Positions 41,093-52,138 of a DNA stretch of 64,000 bases are shown here, in pieces. Both the position numbers and the translations under genes were made by a program. Positions within the stretch are counted from its first letter, which is position 1. Each line of letters opens with the position of its first letter. The notes below the pieces were generated by a model. It made no database searches. It was given only the letters and a program-made list of their open reading frames with translations, and was not told the origin of the DNA. The DNA is from Lepidodermella squamata. Its lineage: Eukaryota; Animalia; Gastrotricha. The stretch covers positions 1,364,001 to 1,428,000 of the forward strand of contig JBLDXI010000020.1 of assembly GCA_047495785.1 (NCBI GenBank), given 5' to 3'.

Positions 41093-41501
41093 ATGGTCTG
41101 CTTGCCGTGCATCGTGATTCCAATTTTTCTATGGATTTTCCACAAGGTATGTCCCACAATTTTTTTATGCAACACTTTTCAATCATTTCATGTTTTCTAT
41201 TTAGTTCATTCGACCTTTGATCGTTGCCATCTATCCTCCAGCTGCAAAATGGCTCGGAATGAACCCAGCACCTGAAAGCGCTGAGAAGGTCGAGCCAAAA
41301 ACATCAACTGATGAAGCGAAAGAAGACTCAAACTCTGGTAGTGAATCTGCTTCCGGTTCCGAAAACAGGACTCCAGCTAACGGTGTGCCTCTTCGCCGCT
41401 CTACCAGAAAGAGTGCTCAGCGAGGCGCTGCTGCTGAGGTGAGTATTATCGTAATTTCTTTTCGTTGATAAAAACGCTATTTAATTTAGGTCAGCAGCTA
41501 A
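41093..41501 (+). CDS. C18orf32: UPF0729 protein (C18orf32 homolog)
   Basis: Exons 41093-41146, 41205-41438, 41490-41501. N-terminus MVCLPCIVIPIFLWIFHKFIRPLI matches the family signature MVCIPCIVIP.LLW. Confidence 0.88.
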
Positions 41502-42455
41502 CTTTCCCCGTGTGTAGCATGGTTCAATGACCAGCTCAGGCTGTCGGTGTTTTCTTACTTTCTAATTCAGCCTGGTTTTGAATCCGGCCGATCCGTTTTA
41601 ATGGAGCTTATTTCGTTGTATTTCTAAGCAATTTGCTTGTTGTTATTATTGTATCCTAAGGAATAATGAAATGTTCGAATTGTCTTCAATAAAAAAATGA
41701 CCGTTAACTGTAGGCTTGTGTTTGAGATTTCACCTTAACCTTGGTAGCAGTAACTTGAAGTGCCAGGAAAACAAGAGAACATATTATGGCTCCCCGACCG
41801 TTCGATCAATCGTAGCATTGCCCAGAGGTTAATACGGTCTTTAATTGAGGGTAACAGTGAAGAACGCGGGTTGTGTGCCGTTGAATAACCCGAGAGAAGC
41901 TGAATTCCGATGTGTAAAAAGTACAGTGAATTAGCTAATGTTTAATAGCGAAAAAGATAGCTATTTCGGAAATGTACATGAACACCACGACGACCCACGA
42001 TTGATCGGACTGAAGACCTTTAAGCCGGACCCTAATCCTTGATGCAGGCTATCCAGCTTACATGGTATTCCCATTCCGCTTTTTATTATGCCTGATTTGT
42101 CGATTTGCGATACACTGCTAGTGACTGAGGATTGATGGATTGGCATTTCAAGCCTGCATATGCCAAACATTTTTATATCGGGATTTAAGATATTTCTGGA
42201 ACCATTAGCCAATTGTTAGCATATCATCCTTCTTTTATTTTTCATTTAAAAAGACTGAACAACCCATTCTGAACGTATTGCAGTGAAGAGATAACAGAAC
42301 ACGTTTCCACAAAATACATACTAAACCGTAGGCATCCATAACTTTTGGCCTTCGAATAAACGAGATGTGGAGCTATGAGCCAACAGCAAATCATATAGTA
42401 ATGAATAAATGTTAACGATATCATAGTTTAAATCACAAGAGCAAAGTTGAAAGCG

Positions 42456-44032
42456 TTACAGCTCGTCGTCGTCGCGGTGCGAGGGTTGACGTCTGCGTTC
42501 AATGAGAGGATCGTCGAGAGGTTCCAGTTCGGGCAGGTCTTCATCGTCGATTGAGGTTGTAGACGTTTCCTTTTTGATTTCCTGATAAAATGATCACATG
42601 AATAAAACATTATAACTAATTTTGAACTACAACTAACCATGTCTTTGCCGTCCCACTTCTTGCTATTTCCGACAGCAGGAAGGGAGTTGCCGTAAACAGA
42701 CTGCAGCGATGCAGATCCTTGACCGAATGACACATCACGAAGGAATTCACCAATTCCGCGGTCGCTGAAAGGGCCTAGTAGAAGACTGAACTTCATCTTC
42801 TTTGAGCTCAGGACAGCCATCGCTGGATAGCCTGCGCCACCAAGATTGAGAGACTTCTCGAGCTCAGGGTACACACCAGCTTCAGTCCACAGCCACCCCC
42901 ACATGTTCTTCTTGAATTTGGCAGCTTGCTCACGGAGGGTTTGCAAGTACTTGTTGCGGCAAGATGATTGGCAATCATAGAGAACAGGGAGAACAGAAAC
43001 TACGCACAGCGGATGCTGTTGGCAAGCCTCGTCAAATTCGGACTGTGCAGTAAGCTGGACGACCTCCGGTGGAGGGATGCTGTCAATAGCTTTCTCGGTA
43101 GCCCATGCAACGATGTCTGAGGCCGTACGACCACCGTCGTAATCCTGAGCGGCATCGGTCCATGAGCCATCTTTCTTACCACCAGCGAACCACTTGATTG
43201 TGGGGTATCCTTGAATTTGGAAACGACCAGCCAGAACAGTCTGGGCAGTAGCATCAACTGCTCCAAGACGAACTTTGCCCTTAAGCTCTTTCGCGGCTTT
43301 CGCCCATTCAGGTGCAAGACGTTTGCCTAAATTCAATAAATCGTAATTAAAACGAACAAAACAATAATGGTGATGACTCACAATGGCCACACCATGGAGC
43401 GTGGAAGGCAACAACCCAAAGATCATTTGATTTCATAACGGTCTTCTCGAAATTGACGTCAGTAAGCTGTTCGACATCTTTCGCTTCGAAACCAGCGTGA
43501 GAATCATCGCTACCAGAGTTGGATCCACCAGATCCAGAAGAGCCACCACCAGAGAGACGAGCTTTAACAACCTTAGCCAAATGAGACATGGCACTCTCCA
43601 CAATGGCATCAGCAGTGCGGCCTCCATTGTAATCGATTGGCTGAGATTGACCGGCAACGAAGATTTTGATCGTAGGAAAGCCGCGAATTCCATACTGGCC
43701 ACCAAGAGATTTGTGCTCATCGGCGTTAACTGCGCCGACTTTGACGACACCCTGAATAGAACAGTTTTAGATTACTTGAGCTGATAGCTTGAAACTGAGT
43801 CTAATACCTTTAGGGCTTTAGCAGCTTTCTTCCACTCAGGAGTGAGTGCCTGACAATGTCCACACCAAGGAGCGTAAAATTCAACAACATAAACCGGTGC
43901 GCCTCCTTTGATCACTTCGCTATCAAAATTCGACGGTGTCAGCTCGACAACACTGTCACCAGGACCATACATGCAGGACGCAGCATGGAATGACAAGAAA
44001 AGAGCTGCAACGTACGATAATATGTGAACCAT
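42456..44032 (-). CDS. PDIA6: Protein disulfide-isomerase A6 (P5)
   Basis: Signal peptide; two WCGHC thioredoxin domains joined by a Gly/Ser linker; P5-type C-terminal domain ([27 protein letters not shown]); acidic last exon ending DDEL-stop. Confidence 0.96.
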
Positions 44033-44244
44033 AATAGATTAATAATCACTAAAAGATTCGTGAAGACCGATTAATTAAATGAGCTTAGCAGGAACAAAGA
44101 GCCTAAGCAGAAATTCTGAAAATGGAAAATCATTGAAAAATAACTCGAGATAAAACAAACTGAAAGAAAGAGAAGACTTTAATAGAGCCGTAGCAAGGGA
44201 ACAATACCTGCGTATGCAATGCAATTATATTGCAGCACTAATGT

Positions 44245-44304
44245 CACACGTCATGCGCAAAGGTACACGTCGGCATAGAAATTCCTAAAACCCGCGTGCC
44301 ACGT
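44245..44304 (-). promoter_or_regulatory. Cluster of UPR (XBP1/ATF6-type) ACGT elements upstream of PDIA6
   Basis: CACACGTCA 44245-44253, ACACGTC 44265-44271, GCCACGT 44298-44304, about 210-270 nt upstream of the ATG of an ER foldase. Confidence 0.55.
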
Positions 44305-46027
44305 ATGATTTGCACATGATATAAACACATATTTATAATTTCTGTATTTCTTTTTTTTGAAAATAAAACTAATTTTTATATATTTTCCCTGTTTTTGTGG
44401 TCATATTTTACAGGTGAGCCGCATGTGATTTTACCAAACTAGGTTTTGCTTTTTCCTTTTTGTTTTCTGGTTTTCCTATTTTCTTACCCGGCATCTCCGG
44501 ACTTTGGCAGTTCTGCGGTAGCCAGTGAAGCTTTGTAATGTTCTATTACGCGGTAAGTTTATTTTTTGTTCGAGTTACACGGCGCATATTATGCATATTA
44601 TGTGTGATTTGAGATTTTGCACGAGCCAAGTCAATCTGCTTCTTGCTGGTCCTTTGCTGGTTGGTTCCCGAGTGTCTTGTTGCCTGTTGTCTTTTGCATT
44701 GCAATCACGCGTACTACGCGCAAACGCCCAACCGGATGGGCGAGAGTTGGCCAGTTGGCCAGTTGGTCTGGCTAGCTCATCTCTTGCCTGTTCGTATGGT
44801 TTAACCTGCGTCGTAGCCAGTGAATGGGATTTGATTGTTTTTGGGGTCATTTTTGCGTGATTTGATTTTGACGGATTTGATTTGAAAGTTTCTTTTGATT
44901 TGATTGCCCCAGTCGGGACAGTCCAGGTCTATTCCAGGCCTGGACGAAAAACTTGAAAAATGCCAACAATTGATATTTCAGGCCTTCGTTTGTATATATT
45001 TAGGCCTGTATTGAGAAACCCAGGGCCTATTCTGGGCATGTTTCAGGCTTGAACTTTTCCACCCTGCATCGCCATCCGATTAACACTTATATAATACACC
45101 TGAGTTGCATTTTTATAGCATTTATCTTTATTTTTACATATTCAATCGAATATCAATAATAGGATAGCCTCAAAATAGCTTAAATGCGATGGATAGAATG
45201 CTAGTTGCACAAAGATCTGATTCAGCTTTTCAACAATTTTGCCAATGATTTTAAGTAATAGAGTTGGTACCGCAGAAAACCCAGAAGACCCCATGGTAAC
45301 TGGTTCGGAAATTTTGGTTAATTTTGGTGAACTGTTTGCGTTTTACTGTTTGGGATACGCGGTAGTGTCAATTTAGCAACCGTCAGAGTATCAAACCGAC
45401 GCGTTTCAGCATTGTTGATTTACTCATGGTCTGCTTCATTCTAATCTAACACTTAGTTAGGTACCTACTTGACGAAGTAAAATAAAATTCGATTACACGG
45501 TTCGTAATCAACACCGTCCAAGAATGTCGATTGTTTATTTCCAAATATTTAGCCCTAGACGCAGTCTCACATTAACATACCTATATCCGCTAAACGCAAC
45601 ATACATGTAATATCGTGTAACTCCACTAAAAACCTATGATCAAGATACCTCACATAAAGATGTCAAATACAAATATCCTCGCAGTTGCTAGTTCTGTTGG
45701 CATGGATATCAGATTCCTGTACACAATTTATGCGGCCCCACGATTCCATCACATGAAAAATTTACGACACCTAACACCCTTTAAGTGTTTTCACTTAATA
45801 ATTGTATACGCAATGAGAATTCCACCTGGTGTTGAAAATATTCCACCCGTTAAAGCCAGACAAAGAGAAATCGACCGTACTGACAACATGTGGCAAAAAC
45901 GCATCATGATTTTTGCGCTGAATTATAAAAATATACTGATGCCCAACTCTAGATTGATTTATTTGCTTGAAATAAGGTTAGCGACGATTAATATGCTGGA
46001 TGTGATTGTAATGCAAAATGCCATAGC

Positions 46028-46611
46028 TCAATGTTCCATTTGAACAGCCCACGTGGCTAAACTCGAAGCAGTCATTCTTCCGTGATATTGAGTCACATTG
46101 CAAAGTGATTTCCCTCGATTGGGAAGCCGATATATTTTTGGATAACTTATAACTTTGAATCTCCTAGCTAGGCCTCTTGATTTGGCAGCATTCACAGCAC
46201 CGAACCGCACCTGTCCGACAAGCAATTTTGCGGCCATTGCCCACTCTGGCGCCAGTTTTATACCTACAGAAAAATATCGAGATGTAGGAAACATCAACGC
46301 CAGTGATATCTTAGTTGAAAAAAATTCTGGCCATGTGTTTAGCACTATTAACACTTCTAGGAATCAAAATTCTGACGTGATCTCTGTTTAGAAGGCTTTT
46401 CTCGTGGAAAAACATGGCTTGATTTACAGATGCTACACCAAGTTGTATGAAAAACAACCATCCATGGATCATTTGAGGCAAGGACTACTGCATCGAAATT
46501 GCTTGTCGTCAGTTGTTCGACATTAACGCTCATGAAACCATTTTCAGCAGCAGCCGCTAGAATTGCTATTAACGGGTTAATAATAAAGAAGTATTTCGGA
46601 AGGAAACACAT
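46028..46611 (-). CDS. Single-thioredoxin-domain PDIA6-derived paralog (WCSIC active site, no ER-retention signal)
   Basis: Exons 46611-46428 and 46263-46028. VEQLTTSNF..VVLASNDPWMVVFHTTWCSIC.KLAPEWA.AAK.L.GQVRFGAVNA aligns with PDIA6 domain 2 and shares its intron position inside the second Cys codon. Confidence 0.8.
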
Positions 46612-47856
46612 TTCTGAAAAATCGAGTGTCGCTTCTTGCTGTCTTTACAAGGAATTTCTGGAATTCCTCAACTAAATTTATGTCAACATTTGATCAGTGT
46701 AAATGCCAACGAGGCTGGCGGGAGAAATTCTCAACCAAAACACATTTTTATTTCCAACTGTTCAATTAATTAACACGTTCAATAAGCATTAGACAGAGAA
46801 GCAGAAAGGATGCAACGGCACACCATCAAAGAAAGAAATAACTAGGAGCCAAGTTTGCTCACGTCACGTTCTCTCTAACATTCATTCAGAAAAAACCTCC
46901 ATCCTTGTTCAATACTTATTGATAACCGTAAACTTTCATCGTTTTAAGGAAATAACTACATGCTCTAGTGTGATCTCGAGTATCCCCACGATAATCCCCC
47001 TTCAGTCTGCGGCGATTTATGAGATTTTCCGTCAAATAATAACCACACATTGTTGTAGTAATATGCTAATGGAAACGACGCGCATAATGCGCAAGAACCT
47101 ATCGATCTGATCCTGAAGATCGTACATTATAAAAGGCCGGCGAACTGACGGCATATAGGCACGCAGAAGTCGAACTTTCAGATGAACAGCACAATAGATG
47201 TTACTCCAATGATTTATATTATGATTTCGAGTCAGATAATTAATTATTCAACAAAAAATAAAATTTTGAAAACGATGAGTTAAAACGTGACCTATTTGCG
47301 AAGATTCAAGTAAGCTTGAAGATGATGCACAATTATTCCTACGCAAATAAGTCACATCTTTAATAAACAAAAAATGCACAATCAAGCAGTTCTAATTGAC
47401 TTAGTATGTATAAATAGCGCGAATATATCGCAGCGCTCTTCGAACAAAAAAGAACATTGATATACCTATCAGTATTATCAAAGTCATGGCGAATGTGGTA
47501 CGCGAACAATGAAGATCACAGACAGTGTTGACAGACTCGAACAGAATTTGAAAGAAAGTTTCACGCAACTGCCCCGGTGAACGCACCATCAACGTTGCAT
47601 TTTCTTCAACGGCCGTGAAGATAATCAAGCGAGATTGCAATTATAACGAGACATTCAAGCGAAAGAAATATACTGCTGATCTACCTCGTAGTCAGTGCGT
47701 CTACGAAAGGTACTCGTTAAACAGGATATAAAAAATAGTAGAGAACCATATGGCAGTTTGAGTCAAGAAACGCACGCTAGAATGCGCTATTATTATGATC
47801 ATTATCGTTAGTCTTTATATATTGAGTAAAATCTTAACGAATAAATATGACTCGGG

Positions 47857-49509
47857 CTATGATCTAGCAGATACACGTTGTCTCGCATCACCACTCGATC
47901 TGTTCAACCCCTGTCTTTGTTGATCTAATAGGTTGTTCTCATTCGCCTCGTTCGCCATTCGCTTTCGGTGCCGCTTCTCGAAGAAGAATATAATACCACA
48001 TAGGACGAAAACCTCGCCACAAATTCCCAAGAAAGGCCAAAGTGGGGCAAGTTTATCTGTTGGAAATACAGTAAGATTGATAGCTAGAAAAATGAAATGA
48101 TAATATACCTTTCACTCGAATCTGATAAGTCAAGAAAGCATCGGTATTTTCGCTTGAACCAGTAACAGAGATATTATAAAGTCCGGCGTCACTTTGATAG
48201 GCCGGGTCAAGAACGACTTCGACTACCATTTCTTCAAATCGACATGTCGACTGTAATTGGATGCAAGTTATTACACAGCAATGTTTGCGATAAATTTACA
48301 AACCTTCACTTGATCTTTGTTAGCTGTGGAAGGCAGATCAACGCGACAATGTGTGAATGGCCAGCCGTAAACCTGGCATCGGAAAGCACATCGACTATCT
48401 GCGACACAGTTTGATCCGGTAGTAGGAACGCACTTTCTAACTTGAATTTCGGTAGCTATTCACAGAAAAATCATTGCAAATTAAATGATATTATTCACGT
48501 TTTCAACGTTACAAGGGAAATCGATGTATGAAGCTGTTTGTATTATAGCAGGTACAGTCTCTGCAGAGTCGCTTGGCTTGGTCAATTGGCACCAATATCG
48601 ACCAGCCAGTCTTAGAAGAGCCTCCTCGGTCGCTGTCTTACCGATGGGAACTGTCGAAGATATTCGATTTTCAAGTAGAACAATATCGGAAATTCATCTT
48701 ACCCAGAGATATAGTTAAACAAACGAGGGTTTCTCCAGGGCCAGGGACCAAATCTTCACAAGAAAGCGAGGCATTGAAAAAAGTCGGAGCGGTTGGCGGA
48801 ATCTGAAAGGATACGTTAGCACTACCAACCAATGCATTATCCTTTGGTATAGCAAATGCACAAGTCATATTCATTCGGGATTTTGTTGGGGGTGCCTTGA
48901 GCGCTGTGATAGAGAATTTTTGAGCAAATTAAATATAAACATGTGATTTTTTGAATTTTAATACCTCGGATTACCGTCCAACTTCGCAGAGCATTTGAAT
49001 CACCGGCACACCTAGCGGTAAATTGGCCAGTAGCGGTCAAAACAACGGAAAGGTTCACAGTTGAGTGAAACTCGGCGAAGTTAGAATGCCCGTTGACTAT
49101 GGCCATATTTCTCAATTCTATTGCTGGCCCATTGGCAAATCTTTGTTGATTCACCATGTTCACTTCGATCTTAGAGTTTCCAACTGAATGCTCCAGAGTG
49201 AACAATGTCGCAGAGCCAGTTAGCTGGGATTTTGCTGCAAAAAGACAATGATTAGAGCTGGAAAATTATCGGAATGGTAATACATTTCACGACACAGCTG
49301 ATATTGAAAGATTCATCTTTAACCAGTAGAAGATAGTCTGGCTGTATAGTAACAGTGGCAGAACTATCACGTCCGTAGACTGCTGTATTGAAGAAATAGG
49401 AAATGTTAGTCACGATAGAATGTTAGTAACAGCGGCACAATAACATACCGCATATTTGCAAGTAGGCCAAGATAACGAGCTTGACACCAAAATAAAGTTT
49501 TAAAAGCAT
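47857..49509 (-). CDS. Basigin/neuroplastin-family Ig-superfamily membrane protein
   Basis: Signal peptide MLLKLYFGVKLVILAYLQIC; Ig-like segments (FNISCVV, AGRYWCQL, CQVYGWP, DAGLYNI); diagnostic TM RVKDKLAPLWPFLGICGEVFVLCGIIFFFEKR with the intramembrane Glu. Confidence 0.9.
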
Positions 49510-52138
49510 TTCTTCTCTAAAGAAAAAAACATTAACAATCCACGACTGAAGCCTGGCGATTCTATAACATTCTCAATTTGCTTTCATAAACAGTTGCTTC
49601 TCAAACAACTGACAACTGATTTCAAAGCGAACGCTTAATGAGTAGTTTAACGGGAAGAAGTCAACAAAATCGTGGCACCTTGCCCAACAACTAATCAATA
49701 TTTTTCTCTTTACTCTTGATTGCTCAACTATGATTAAAGCGGATAATTAAATTTATAATGATTTTTCACCTAAAGAAAATCCAAACTTGTAACTTGAAGA
49801 CTTTACTATAGACGCTAGGCTTGACTAGAACCGAAGCCTGGAAACTAAGCGAACAGCGAATAACGAGACTAATTGACGTGCAGTATGCTATTCGGAAAAT
49901 TTATGGCACTCATTAGCGTAGCTTTCACGTAGAACCTACAATCTAATAAGTGAAAGTATCGAGTTATAAATGAAGCTACTATCTGGCGGAAAATTGGAAT
50001 GAAACTATCTATGCCTATCTAGACTGACACTTTTAACCGTGAAGCGCGGAGAACAGTTTGTGTCGAATAGTTTCGACACGGTTGCGAGCCGAAATAGTCA
50101 ACTGGCGGCTGGCGATCGCCGCTGTATTTGGTGACAGTAGCTTTCAAGCGGACGATCGTATCGACAGCCGGCGGCTCACGATTGCCCCACTGTACGACGA
50201 GCATTTACATGTTGTCGCACAGAAGGAACTTGACGCGTTCTGGCGTTCTTTCCAGTACAGCAATGACGACACCATGCACGACTTACGACTTGAGTGGTGT
50301 TTCACTCAGCGATGAACAGCTGTTTGACACGGCAGGGTGTCCGAAATGTCTCAAAACCCCTAGCTTCATCTTAGAAAGAGAACCATGTCCCGCATATTTT
50401 GTAAATAATGTCGGTTGAAATGAGTGCCAGTAGTGTAAGAATGTTTAATAGAAAACTGAACGAGAATGACGCCCTAAAAGTGGAAATCGTCAATTCAATG
50501 CTTGAAGTTTTCACACAAAAGTTCTTCCACCCTATCGACCTTCCTCATGGATAGTCTAGTAATCTAGGATTTTCCGCCGCCCTGGAGAAGGTAGAAGGAC
50601 ATCTTCGACCTTCGGCCTCCGGCAGTAACGTGTGACCGCAATCACCACAGGAACAAGCTTCATTGTCCCGAATCCACTCAAAATATGGCGATTTATCGAT
50701 CGATTTTAGCCGGTCCTCGGATTTAATAAATGTTTATATATTTTTTATTATATTTTTATTTATAAGGCATTTAAGCAATAATATTTTTATGTGATTTTAG
50801 CAAAATTCGAATAAAGGTCAGCAGCAGTCGATTCTGCTGAAATCGTTGTCTGCGGAGTCTGGAGTCTGAGTCTGAAAGGCAAAGGGCCAAAGTCAACTGT
50901 GGCGATTCTAGCCAAGATCGCTAAACCAAATCGCATTTCAAAACGCATGTGCCCGCTCAAATTCTAGCCAAATTCCGCTTGAATGAATTGCGCTCTGAGC
51001 TTGGAGGAATCTTTTGGTGCTGATTATTGTGATTTAACCGATCATTCTAACGCGCGTCTTGCCTTCAAACTGGAAAATTATATTTTATGTGGTGTTGATT
51101 TGTAATGAAGATGAACGAGAATGCATAAGAAGCGCGCAAGTTCCCGGTACCAGACGGCGACACCATAGCCGCTCTCCTCATTCATCACCTTATCAACCTT
51201 AGAAATCAACTTAGACTTGACATTAACAACTTGCAAACGTCTTTGTGGTGCCGTCGTGCATTTTTGAACCAAAATTCTGCTGCCGATACGTTCTCTATGC
51301 TGCCGTTAAACATGCAAAAGTGCGGAAGTTGCGCAAGTTGTTCGGATGTTGAAGTAAGCCCAACCGGAAAAAGTCTGTAAGCCTGAAGGTAAGTTGCCCA
51401 TCTCTGCTCATGAGTCAGAGCCATGTCATTCGACTCTGCTGTTGTCTATGCTTGTGTAGACAAAGGCTGAAATCATTCTTAACGCCCATCAGGTCTCAAT
51501 GCTAAGAAAGATGAAGCTTTCTCAAGGAAATGGCAACCGGCGACCATATTTGGCCAGCTTGACAGCAGTTTTATTTTCCAAAAGATATAACGTAAATTTA
51601 TATGAAAAGCTATGTTTTAGATATAAGGGTTGTTTCCGGCGTACATGCTACGAGTAAAACGGACAACACCAGTTCAACGCCTGGTGACTTTAAGATGCCG
51701 ACGTGGTGTATGAATTGGCGTCACTCCGACGGACATGACATCGAGAAATAAAGAGCGACGTTCTTTACGCGAGAAGATTGCCAACGACGTCCATCTTTAA
51801 ATACTCTACATCCGACGGCTAAAGACATGAGCTCACGTTAGAAACGGGTAATATGCTAGCGATGTGGGACGAACAGTCAAACAGAACAACTATTGTATTT
51901 GACAAGTATCAAGGCGAAATCGGCGCCCTCAATGTTACACCTAAACCGTTCATCTAAAAATTATTTAAGAACCCGAACACAGGTTCTGCGCACCATGGCA
52001 CATCAGTTCCATTTGTTATAATATTTCATACGTATCATGGTCAAAGACAGTCATTAAACAAAATCATTCAATTTAATGAAGTAATTCATTTTCTATACAT
52101 CGTTGGAGCACAGCTGATTTCGAACAACGGGTAACCAT

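Noticed and set aside
41760-42424. Possible extra operon gene directly downstream of PDIA6
   Set aside because: Short ORFs with stops in all attempted splice joins; no homology recognised.
44860-45070. TTTGA and AGGCCT short reiterations as a transposon end
   Set aside because: No matching second terminus or target-site duplication found.
50019-50720. GC-richer stretch with short Cys/His-containing ORFs
   Set aside because: Frames are interrupted and no domain is recognisable; cannot distinguish pseudogene or TE remnant from noise.
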